Shown one piece after another: positions 42,390 to 51,160 of a DNA stretch of 64,000 nucleotides. Position numbers and translations under genes: made by a program. The DNA comes from an uncultured bacterium (GTDB lineage Bacteria; Krumholzibacteriota; Krumholzibacteriia; JAJRXK01). The first letter of the stretch is position 1, and each line of letters opens with the position of its first letter. The DNA is taken from assembly GCA_964601275.1 (NCBI GenBank), contig CAZRMV010000010.1, positions 2,802 to 66,801 of the forward strand. The letters are read 5' to 3'. The notes under the pieces were generated by a model. It saw only the letters and a program-made list of their open reading frames with translations. It made no database searches and was not told the DNA's origin.

Positions 42390-43694
42390 GTGTCCCCATC
42401 CAAGACCACCATCTGGAGGAAGATGAGCCGCAGCCGGATCCTTCCCTATCTCGTCGGCGGTCTGCTCGGCGCGACCGTCGGATTGACCGCGCTGTTGATC
42501 GTGGTCCTCCGGGGTGGGATCGCCGCTCCCACGGTGGTCGAAGGGTCCACGGATCCCTCGCCCCAGGCCCACCGGGTCGGAGCCGTTGGCCCCGGAGCCG
42601 GATGGACCTCCTCCCCCGCGATGGAGGATTCCATCTCCAAGGGGCGCAGCAACGCCATCGTGATCGCGACCCGCCGGGCCAGCCCGGCGGTGGTCGGGGT
42701 CACCGTCATCTACGACACCTGGTCCCGGGTGCCCCCGCGGACCCCCGGCGAATTCCTGTCCCAGCAGATGTACGGATGGCGGAAGGTGCGCCGGAAACGG
42801 TTCGAACGCCTGGGCAGCGGGGTGATCGTCGATGCGCGGGGCCTGATCGTGACCAACAACCACGTGCTGGGCGATGAACGGAGTTTCCGCATCTTCATCA
42901 CCCTGGGCGACGGCCGGCAATACCAGGCCGAGGTGGTGGGCCGGGCCCCCAGCTACGACCTGGCGCTGTTGCGTTTCAGCGAGCCGGTCGAGGACATACC
43001 GGTCGCAGTCCTGGGGAACAGCGATGAACTCGAGCCCGGCGAGTGGGCGATCGCCATTGGAGCGCCCTATCGCGATCTCCTGGACGACCCGGGACTGACC
43101 GTGACCGTCGGCGTGATCAGCGCCCTGCATCGGGACATCGAACCGGGTCAGGACACCTCGCCCTACTACCTCGACATGATCCAGACCGACGCCTCGATCA
43201 CCCGGGGCAACAGCGGCGGCGCGCTGGTGAACCGCGACGGCGAGGTGATCGGCATCAACTCCTTCATGATCAGCAATCCGGAGGGGGTGAATCTCGGCGC
43301 CGGCTTCGCCGTGCCCATCAACCGGGTGCGCTGGGTGCTGGACGAGATCGTCCAGTACGGAAGGGTCCGGCCCAACTTCTCCGGGATCTACGGGTCGGTG
43401 TTGAACAAGCAGCAGCGCTACAAGTGGGGACTGGGCGACGACGTCACCGGATTCTTCGTCGAGAGGGTGTGGCGCAACTCGCCGGCGGACGAGGCCGGCA
43501 TCATGCCCGGCGACGTGATCCGTACCATCGAAGGGCAGCCCATCCGCCGCAAGTTCGACGTGACCCGGATGCTGTTCGCCACCCGGGTGGGCAGCCAGAT
43601 CAAGTTGCAGGTCCAGCGCGGCGACAAGATCTTCGACACCACCCTCACGCTCTCGGAAGGGCCGAAGGCCGGCGCTTCGCCGAACGGGCAATGA
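42390..43694 (+). CDS. HtrA/DegP-family trypsin-like serine protease with PDZ domain
   Basis: TM anchor. Catalytic triad context (TNNHVL; D in SYDLALL; GNSGGAL). C-terminal PDZ (…GDVIRTIEGQPI…). Confidence 0.8.
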   Translation: MSPSKTTIWRKMSRSRILPYLVGGLLGATVGLTALLIVVLRGGIAAPTVVEGSTDPSPQAHRVGAVGPGAGWTSSPAMEDSISKGRSNAIVIATRRASPAVVGVTVIYDTWSRVPPRTPGEFLSQQMYGWRKVRRKRFERLGSGVIVDARGLIVTNNHVLGDERSFRIFITLGDGRQYQAEVVGRAPSYDLALLRFSEPVEDIPVAVLGNSDELEPGEWAIAIGAPYRDLLDDPGLTVTVGVISALHRDIEPGQDTSPYYLDMIQTDASITRGNSGGALVNRDGEVIGINSFMISNPEGVNLGAGFAVPINRVRWVLDEIVQYGRVRPNFSGIYGSVLNKQQRYKWGLGDDVTGFFVERVWRNSPADEAGIMPGDVIRTIEGQPIRRKFDVTRMLFATRVGSQIKLQVQRGDKIFDTTLTLSEGPKAGASPNGQ

Positions 43695-43818
43695 GATCTT
43701 CGCCGGCGGAGCCATTGCTTCGCCCACGCCGCCCGCGACGGTTTTCCCCGGAAATCTTGCGCCGCGGGTCCTCCCACCCTGGCTGCCTGCGCGGGGCTGT
43801 GTTACCGTGCCGCGCGTC

Positions 43819-45117
43819 ATGATCGAGCGTTACCGCACTGCCGAGATGGACCGCATCTGGTCCGACGAGAGACGCCTGGAGATCTGGCGGGATCTGGAGG
43901 TGGCGGTCTGCGAGGCCCAGGCCGAGCTGGGGGTGATTCCGGCCGAGGCGGCCCGGGAGATCGCCGGGAAGGCCCGCTTCGACGTGGCCCGGGTGCTGCA
44001 GATCGAGGAGACGGTCCAGCACGACGTCATCGCCTTCCTGACCAACCTGGCCGAGTCCATCGGCCCCTCCTCGCGCTTCGTGCACCTGGGCATGACCAGC
44101 AGCGACCTGCTCGATACCACCCTGGCGGTCCAGTGCCGGCAGGCCGGCGGAATCCTCCTCGACGCCTTGCAGAAGCTGCGGGACGCGGTGGTGAAGAGGG
44201 CGAAGGAGCACCGCCACACCGTGATGATGGGGCGCTCCCACGGCATCCACGCCGAACCCACCACCTTCGGCCTCAAACTGCTGGTCTGGGCCGACGAATT
44301 GCGCCGCGCGCGTGGCCGCCTCGAGCGGGCGATCGAGACCATCGCGGTGGGGCAGATCTCCGGTCCGGTGGGAACCTTCGCCCATCTGTCACCCGCGGTG
44401 GAGGCGAAGGTGTGCGATCGGCTGGGACTGCGACCGGCCCCGGTGAGCACCCAGGTGATCCAGCGCGACCGCCACGCCGAATACCTTTCCGCCCTCGCGT
44501 TGACCGCGGCCTCGCTGGAGAAGTTCGCCGTCGAGATCCGCCATCTCCAGCGCACCGAGGTGCATGAGGTCGAGGAGCCCTTCGGCAAGGGACAGAAGGG
44601 CAGTTCGGCCATGCCCCACAAGAAGAATCCCATTGTCTGCGAGCGGGTCAGCGGCATGGCCCGGCTGCTGCGGGGCAACCTGGTGGCCGCGCTGGAGAAC
44701 GTGGCCCTGTGGCACGAGCGGGATATCTCCCATTCCTCGGTGGAGAGGGTCATCCTGCCCGACTCGACCACCCTTGTGCACTACATGCTCGAGAAGATGC
44801 GCTTCGTGGTGGAAGGGATGCGGGTGTTCCCCGAACGGATGAAGGAGAACATGGAGCGCGAACGGGGCCTGTACCACAGCGGCGCGTTGCTGTTGGCCCT
44901 GGCCCGCGCGGGAGTGAGCCGGGAGGACGCCTACCTCATCGCCCAGGAGAACGCGATGCGGGCGTGGGAGGGCGAGGGCGATTTCGAGACCCTGGTGCGC
45001 CGCGACGAGCGCGTCCACCGACATCTGTCGCCTGAGGAACTGGACGCGGTCTTCGACCTGCAACGGCACCTGGCGCAGGTCGACCACATCTTCGATCGCG
45101 TGCTCGACGGGGAGTAG
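43819..45117 (+). CDS. purB: Adenylosuccinate lyase
   Basis: N-terminus MIERYRTAEM. Fumarate-lyase signature GSSAMPHKKNP. About 432 aa. Confidence 0.9.
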   Translation: MIERYRTAEMDRIWSDERRLEIWRDLEVAVCEAQAELGVIPAEAAREIAGKARFDVARVLQIEETVQHDVIAFLTNLAESIGPSSRFVHLGMTSSDLLDTTLAVQCRQAGGILLDALQKLRDAVVKRAKEHRHTVMMGRSHGIHAEPTTFGLKLLVWADELRRARGRLERAIETIAVGQISGPVGTFAHLSPAVEAKVCDRLGLRPAPVSTQVIQRDRHAEYLSALALTAASLEKFAVEIRHLQRTEVHEVEEPFGKGQKGSSAMPHKKNPIVCERVSGMARLLRGNLVAALENVALWHERDISHSSVERVILPDSTTLVHYMLEKMRFVVEGMRVFPERMKENMERERGLYHSGALLLALARAGVSREDAYLIAQENAMRAWEGEGDFETLVRRDERVHRHLSPEELDAVFDLQRHLAQVDHIFDRVLDGE

Positions 45118-45120
45118 ACC

Positions 45121-47571
45121 GTGGCCATCGCCGTCAGCTCGATGGACGACGTAGCCCTGGCCGAGGCCCTGCGATCGCTGGGGTTGACCCTGACCCTGCA
45201 CGAGGCCCGCCGTGTCGCGCAGCTCTTGGGCCACGATCCCACCGAGACCGAACTGACCCTCTTCGACACCATGTGGAGCGAGCACTGCTCGTACAAGAGT
45301 TCGCGCCCGGTCCTGAAGAAGTACCTGCCGACCGAGGCCGGCAACGTGGTGCTGGGACCATCCGAGGACGCGGGCATCATCCACTTCGCCGAGGTCGATG
45401 GCACGAAGTGGGCCCTGGCCATCGCCCACGAGAGCCACAACCATCCTTCGCAGGTGATGCCCCGGGAAGGGGCGGCGACCGGCATCGGCGGGGTCGTCCG
45501 CGACGTCTACTGCATGGGCGCCGATGTCATCGCCACCCTCGATCCCCTTCGCTTCGGGAACCCCCGCGGGAAGAACGCGGAGCGCAGCCGCGAGATCGCC
45601 CGCGAGGTGGTCGAGGGCATCGCGATGTATGGAAACGCCCTGGGCGTGCCCAACCTCGGCGGCGACGTGGTCTTCGACGACTGCTACGACGACAACTGCC
45701 TGGTGAACGTGGTGGCCATCGGGTTGGTGCGGGAGGACCGCATCACCCGCAGCCGGGTTCCCGAGGCGGCCCGCCATGAGCCCTACGACTTCCTGCTGGT
45801 GGGCAAACCCACCGACTGGAGCGGAATGGGAGGGGCGGCCTTCGCCTCGGCCGACCTCGACGCCGAAGCGCTCAAGGAGAACCTGGGCAGCGTGCAGGTT
45901 CCCGACCCCTTCCTCAAGCGCATGCTCGTGTTGGCGAACACCGCCATGCTCGAGCTGGCCCGGGACGAAGGGGCGGAGATCGGCTTCAAGGACCTGGGCG
46001 CGGGCGGGATCGCCTGCGTCTCCTCCGAGCTGGCCGATGCGGGGGGCTTCGGGATCGAACTCGACCTGGAGGCGGCGAGCCTGGCCGAGGACGATCTGCC
46101 CGGACCGGTGGCCGCCTGCAGCGAGACCCAGGAGCGTTTCGGCATCGCCTGTCCCGCCCGGCTCACCGAGAGGATCCTGCGGATCTACAACGAGATCTAC
46201 GAGCTGGGCTCGATGTACGAGGGAGCGGGGGCGCGCCGCGTGGGCCGCGTCGTTCCCCCGAAGGAGAGGGAAACCCCGCGCTACATCCTGCGCCGCGGCG
46301 AACAGCTCCTGGTCGATGCCCCGATCTCCACCATCACCGAGGGCATCTCCTACGAGAGGGAAGCCCGACCGGCGCCCCCGCCGCGTTCCAGGAGGCCCCT
46401 GCGGGTCGAAGGACGCGATTTCGCGGCCGATCTCGTCGCGCTGATGGCCAGCGAGCACCTGTGCAGCCGCCGGCCCCTCTTCCAGCATTACGACAGCGAG
46501 GTGAAGGCGAACACCGTCCTGCGGCCCGGCGAGGCCGACGCGGGGGTGGTCACCCCCATCGAGGGAAGCTGGGCCGGCATGGCGGCCAGCGTCGACGGCA
46601 ACCCCCGCTTCTGTCGCGTCGACCCCCGGCTGGGAGCCGCGCACGCGGTGGTCGAGGCCGCGCGCAACGTGGCCTGCGTGGGGGCGAGTCCCGCTGCGAT
46701 CACCGACTGTCTGAACTACGGCAGCCCCGAGGTGCCCGAGGTCTTCTTCACCTTCCTCGAAGGGGTGCGTGGCATCGGTGAAGCCTGCCGGGGAGTGGGG
46801 CGTCTGGAGGCGCCAGAGGATCCCCTGCCGGTGGTCAGCGGGAACGTGAGCTTCTACAACCAGAGCGCGAGCGGACGGGCCGTCGCGCCCTCGCCGATCA
46901 TCTGCTGCGTCGGGGTGGTGCCGGACGCGAGCGTCTGCCGCAGCCTTGCCCTGAAACAGCCGGGCGACCTGATCTACCGGGTGGGCGCCTTCACGTCCGC
47001 GTTGGGAGGAAGCCTCTGGGCGGAATGGATCGATCCGCAGTGGCGGGGGCCGCTCCCTCCGATCGACTATCCCGCGGTGCGTGCCGAGCTTGCGTTCATC
47101 GTGCAGCAGGTGCGTGAAGGCCGGGCCCAGGCGGTGCACGACGTCTCCGAGGGAGGCAGCCTCGCCGCCCTGGCCGAGATGGCCCTGGGCAGCGAAAGCC
47201 TCGGCCGCCGGGGCGTGCGGGTGGACTTCTCGGCCCTGGCCGACTCGGGCGAGGCGATGGACCATTCCTCCGACGGCGGAGCCGGCGAAAGCGGAGCCGG
47301 CGAAGGCGGCAAGCCGGCTTGTTTCGCCCCCGCCGCCCTGGCCTGGGCCGAAGGTGGGGGATTCTGGGTGGAGGTGCGGCCGGACGATGCCGCCGCCTTC
47401 GAGGACGCGGCATCCCGGGCCGGGGTGTGGTGGCGGAAGCTGGGCGAGGTCACCGCCCGGCCACGCCTGGTGATCCAAGGACTCGGCCAGGATCTCGACC
47501 TGGCGCTGGAAGAACTCGCCGCGGCGCGGGAACCCACGATGTTCCGCCTGCTCGACCGGGAGGAAGCATGA
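45121..47571 (+). CDS. purL: Phosphoribosylformylglycinamidine synthase subunit PurL
   Basis: Conserved FGAM synthase II sequence (MWSEHCSYKSS; AHESHNHPS; two AIR-synthase-related repeats). Stop overlaps the purQ start (ATGA). Confidence 0.9.
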   Translation: MAIAVSSMDDVALAEALRSLGLTLTLHEARRVAQLLGHDPTETELTLFDTMWSEHCSYKSSRPVLKKYLPTEAGNVVLGPSEDAGIIHFAEVDGTKWALAIAHESHNHPSQVMPREGAATGIGGVVRDVYCMGADVIATLDPLRFGNPRGKNAERSREIAREVVEGIAMYGNALGVPNLGGDVVFDDCYDDNCLVNVVAIGLVREDRITRSRVPEAARHEPYDFLLVGKPTDWSGMGGAAFASADLDAEALKENLGSVQVPDPFLKRMLVLANTAMLELARDEGAEIGFKDLGAGGIACVSSELADAGGFGIELDLEAASLAEDDLPGPVAACSETQERFGIACPARLTERILRIYNEIYELGSMYEGAGARRVGRVVPPKERETPRYILRRGEQLLVDAPISTITEGISYEREARPAPPPRSRRPLRVEGRDFAADLVALMASEHLCSRRPLFQHYDSEVKANTVLRPGEADAGVVTPIEGSWAGMAASVDGNPRFCRVDPRLGAAHAVVEAARNVACVGASPAAITDCLNYGSPEVPEVFFTFLEGVRGIGEACRGVGRLEAPEDPLPVVSGNVSFYNQSASGRAVAPSPIICCVGVVPDASVCRSLALKQPGDLIYRVGAFTSALGGSLWAEWIDPQWRGPLPPIDYPAVRAELAFIVQQVREGRAQAVHDVSEGGSLAALAEMALGSESLGRRGVRVDFSALADSGEAMDHSSDGGAGESGAGEGGKPACFAPAALAWAEGGGFWVEVRPDDAAAFEDAASRAGVWWRKLGEVTARPRLVIQGLGQDLDLALEELAAAREPTMFRLLDREEA

Positions 47572-48386
47572 GTCGGGCACGGATCGCGGTCCTGCAGTTT
47601 CCCGGTCTCAACTGCGAGGCGGAGACCCTGCGCGAACTGCGGCGCAGCGGGGTGGAAGCCGAACTCTTCCGCTGGAATGAAGACGCTCGGCGGCTGAACC
47701 GATACGCCGGCTTCGTCATTCCCGGGGGCTTCTCCTACCAGGACCGGGTGCGCGCCGGCGCGATCGCGGCCAAGTCGCCGGTGCTGGACGCGGTGGTGCG
47801 CGAGGTCGAGGGCGGCAAACCCATCCTGGGCATCTGCAACGGCGCCCAGATCCTGGTGGAGACGGGCCTGGTGCCCGCCGAGCAGACCGGCCGGGTCGAG
47901 GTTTGCCTCGCCCGCAACCGGGTGGAAGGATGGCAGGGCTACCACGCGCGCTGGGTCTTCGTACGGGCGGACCACCGGGACAACTTCTTCACCCGTGATC
48001 TCGAAGAACCCCTGCCGGTGGTGGTGGCCCACGCCGAGGGGCGTTTCGTGAGCCGCGACCGGGAGGCTTGGCAACGGCTGCGAAGTCGGGGCCGTCTTGC
48101 GCTGCGCTATTGCGACTTCGAGGGAAATCCTCCCGGGGGGTTTCCGGCCAACCCGAACGGGTCGCCCGACGACGTGGCCGGGATGAGTGGTTTGGACGGT
48201 CAGGCCCTGGCCTTCATGCCCCATCCCGAACGGGCCGCCCTGCTGTGGCAGGTGCCCGAGGATCTCCCCGGACCGTGGGGAGCCCGCCGCCGCGCCGCCG
48301 CCGGCGACCCGTCCGCGCTGATGCAGGACGGACCGGGCCGGGTCCTCTTGCGCGCGTTCGCCCGGTTGAACGCCGGAGGTGGGTGA
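47568..48386 (+). CDS. purQ: Phosphoribosylformylglycinamidine synthase glutaminase subunit PurQ
   Basis: Class I GATase: VIPGGFSYQD, catalytic Cys in GICNGAQIL, and HPE at the C-terminus. Confidence 0.85.
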   Translation: MSRARIAVLQFPGLNCEAETLRELRRSGVEAELFRWNEDARRLNRYAGFVIPGGFSYQDRVRAGAIAAKSPVLDAVVREVEGGKPILGICNGAQILVETGLVPAEQTGRVEVCLARNRVEGWQGYHARWVFVRADHRDNFFTRDLEEPLPVVVAHAEGRFVSRDREAWQRLRSRGRLALRYCDFEGNPPGGFPANPNGSPDDVAGMSGLDGQALAFMPHPERAALLWQVPEDLPGPWGARRRAAAGDPSALMQDGPGRVLLRAFARLNAGGG

Positions 48387-49105
48387 TGAGCGCCTACGTC
48401 TTCGCCCTCTGCCATCGCACCGTCGACCTGGTCGCCGCCACCGCGGGGGCGACCCTCCAGAACGCCCTGGGCCTGGGCGAGCGCCTGATCGCCCTGCGGC
48501 GCGACGATCTCTACGCCCTCGAAGGCGCCGAGGGAGCGGCGGAAGAGTGGGCCGCCGCCTGCGCCGAGCATGCCGCCTGGTTCAATCCCAACACCCATCG
48601 CCATGCCTTCTTCCGGGCCCAGGCGGGCGCGGTGGACGCGGCCCGCCGCTTCGCCGCGGGCGCATCGCCCGCCCCGGACGGGGGCTTGACCTGGCCCTCT
48701 CCCTGGATCGGAGCTCTTCTGCACACCGACCGGGCCGATCTGTCCGGACGGCGCGTCCCGTGGGAAAGCGATCGGCCCCTGGCCGCCGGACGCGCTTCGA
48801 GCGATCTTGAGGCCTGGTTGGCCCTGCCCCCCGAGGGCGGGGCCTACGCGGTGAGTCTGGCCGCGTTCGATGCGGACGACCCGGTGCACCCCCTGCGGGG
48901 GAGTGCGTGGCCCGCGCCGGGGGCGGAGGTCCTGCCCCTGCAGTTGTGGACCCTGGCGCTGCGGGCGAACGGCCCCAAGGACGCGCTCCAGACCGCCCTG
49001 GAGGTGGCGCTGACCCGTCATCGCTGCCATGGTCTGTTGATCCATCCCCATGTGCAGGGCTGGGCGTTGGCCGCTGAGGTCTCCACCCTCCCCAGGAGCT
49101 CCTAG
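48386..49105 (+). CDS. Tandem-duplicated PurS-like protein (two PurS-like halves)
   Basis: The N-terminal half resembles PurS (YVFALCHRTVDLV…DDLYALEG…WFNPNTHRH). The second half repeats the pattern (AYAVSLAAF…LIHPHVQGW). Sits between purQ and purF, where purS is expected. The assignment is an inference from weak motifs. Confidence 0.45.
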   Translation: MSAYVFALCHRTVDLVAATAGATLQNALGLGERLIALRRDDLYALEGAEGAAEEWAAACAEHAAWFNPNTHRHAFFRAQAGAVDAARRFAAGASPAPDGGLTWPSPWIGALLHTDRADLSGRRVPWESDRPLAAGRASSDLEAWLALPPEGGAYAVSLAAFDADDPVHPLRGSAWPAPGAEVLPLQLWTLALRANGPKDALQTALEVALTRHRCHGLLIHPHVQGWALAAEVSTLPRSS

Positions 49106-50518
49106 GTGAACCCGGACGACCAAGAGCGTCTCCATGAGGAATGCGGCGTGATGGCGGTGGTCAACCATCCCGACGCCCCGCGCCTGACCACCCTGGGCCT
49201 GGCCGCCCTCCAGCACCGGGGGCAGGAATCGGCCGGTCTGGCGGTGGCCGACGGCCACGTGGTGCGCTCGCACAAGGCCATGGGATATGTGAGCGAGGCC
49301 CTGACCGACGAAGTGGTGCGGTCGTTCAAGGGGCACCTCGCCATTGGCCATGTGCGGTATTCCACGACCGGTTCGTCCAACCTGCGCAACGCCCAACCCA
49401 TCCACGTCACCTACAAGCGGGGAAGCCTGGCCATCGCGCACAACGGCAACCTGGTGAACGCGATGGCCCTGCGGCGGGACATGGAGAACGAGGGCTCGAT
49501 CTTCAATACCACCAACGACAGCGAGGTCATCCTCCACTTGGTCGCCCGCTCGAAACAGGAGGCCATCGACCGGGCGCTGGCCGAGGCGCTCCGGCGGGTC
49601 GAGGGAGCGTTTTCCCTGCTGGTGATCAATCCCGATACCGTGGTGGTCGCCCGCGATCCCCGTGGCTTCCGCCCGCTGTGCCTGGGCAAGCTCGACGGAG
49701 CCTGGGTCGCGGCCAGCGAGACCTGCGCGCTCGACATGATCGGGGCCCGCTACGAGAGGCCGGTCGAGCCGGGGGAGATGGTGGTCCTGCGCGCCGACGG
49801 CGGAATGGATGCTCATCGCTGGGCCGAAAAGCAGCCGGCCAGCATGTGCATCTTCGAGTACGTGTACTTCTCCCGGCCCGACAGCATGATCTACGGCCGC
49901 AGCGTCGACCAGGTGCGGCGGCGGATGGGGGAAACGCTCGGGCGGGAGGCGCCGGTCGAGGCCGACGTGGTCATCGGGGTTCCCGACTCCTCCAACACCG
50001 CCTCGCTCGGCTACAGCCGGGTGACCGGGATTCCCTGGGAACTGGGTCTCATCCGCAACCATTACGTGGGAAGGACCTTCATCCGGCCCAGCCAGGAGGT
50101 CCGCGATTTCTCCGTGCGGAAGAAGTACAACCCGGTCCGCCACGTGCTGGACGGGCGCCGTGTGGTGGTGGTGGACGATTCGATTGTCCGGGGCACGACG
50201 ATGCGCAAGCTGGTGACGCTGATTCGCCAGGCCGGCGCCCGCGAGGTGCACCTGCGCATTTCCTCGCCCCCGATCACCCATTCCTGCTACTACGGGATCG
50301 ACACCCCGGTCCGCCAGGAGCTGATCGCCTCATCGCACAAGATCGAGGAGATCGCCGCCTACCTGCAGGTGGACAGCCTGGCCTACCTCAGCCTGGAGGG
50401 CCTGATGGACTCGGTGCAGGCCGAGGGCGGATTCTGCCGGGCCTGCTTCACCGGAGACTACCCGGTGGCCCCTACCGGGGCGGGCAAGGATGTCTTCGAG
50501 GCGGATACCGCCCCCTGA
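49106..50518 (+). CDS. purF: Amidophosphoribosyltransferase
   Basis: GTG start. N-terminal propeptide then catalytic Cys (ECGVMAVV). PRTase motif VVVVDDSIVRGTT. C-terminal Cys ligands for a 4Fe-4S cluster (CYYG; CRAC). Confidence 0.9.
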   Translation: MNPDDQERLHEECGVMAVVNHPDAPRLTTLGLAALQHRGQESAGLAVADGHVVRSHKAMGYVSEALTDEVVRSFKGHLAIGHVRYSTTGSSNLRNAQPIHVTYKRGSLAIAHNGNLVNAMALRRDMENEGSIFNTTNDSEVILHLVARSKQEAIDRALAEALRRVEGAFSLLVINPDTVVVARDPRGFRPLCLGKLDGAWVAASETCALDMIGARYERPVEPGEMVVLRADGGMDAHRWAEKQPASMCIFEYVYFSRPDSMIYGRSVDQVRRRMGETLGREAPVEADVVIGVPDSSNTASLGYSRVTGIPWELGLIRNHYVGRTFIRPSQEVRDFSVRKKYNPVRHVLDGRRVVVVDDSIVRGTTMRKLVTLIRQAGAREVHLRISSPPITHSCYYGIDTPVRQELIASSHKIEEIAAYLQVDSLAYLSLEGLMDSVQAEGGFCRACFTGDYPVAPTGAGKDVFEADTAP

Positions 50519-51160
50519 TCCCCCGGATCCATCGTGGGGGGCGATGGCCGGGCCGGCGGCCTTTCCGGGGCCTGAGCCCCATGGGCGGCGCCGGAACGGA
50601 TTCTGCATCATCACTTCGGGGATGGACGCCGAACTGGCCCAAGGGGCCTTGACGATGTATCTTGGACACTGTCGGCCGGCCCATTGCGGCCGCGGCCATC
50701 GACCTCGTGATCCGGAACCACCCCCAGGGGGCGGAGTTCTTGCAATCGATCGGCGAGGGGGGATGTCCCGGTCCTGATCCAGGTCCAGGGAAGGCACGGA
50801 TCCCTCGAGATCCTTTCCCGGGGACCGGTTGACCACACGAAGGTTCCGGTGCACAGTATCGCCGACCTCGTGTTCCAGTTGCATGAAACCTTCCTGCCGG
50901 AGGACGGGAAGGTGGGGGCCCCGGCGAGCTGCATCCAGCCCGGCCGGCAGTGGCCCGGAAATCCTCGAGCGGATCGAGCGGCTGGACCGCGCGACGCAAC
51001 CGCAGGCCAGGGCGCCCGCGTCAGGGAAGACCCACGGGGTTCCCGCGGACGATGCCCGGCTCCGCGCGCTCGGCGGCCGATCTTCACGGGTGGCGAGAGG
51101 GCCCAAGCGACACCGGGCGCGGCCCCGCCGCCGGAAAAAATCACGAAACGGGACTCGTCC

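Noticed and set aside
50760-50840. Possible SRP (4.5S) RNA or cobalamin riboswitch fragment (ccaggtccagggaagg…)
   Set aside because: Only partial resemblance to the SRP domain IV consensus (AGGUCAGGUCCGGAAGGAAGCAGCC) and no B12 box. Cannot be verified without a covariance-model search, so it is kept only inside the intergenic-region finding.
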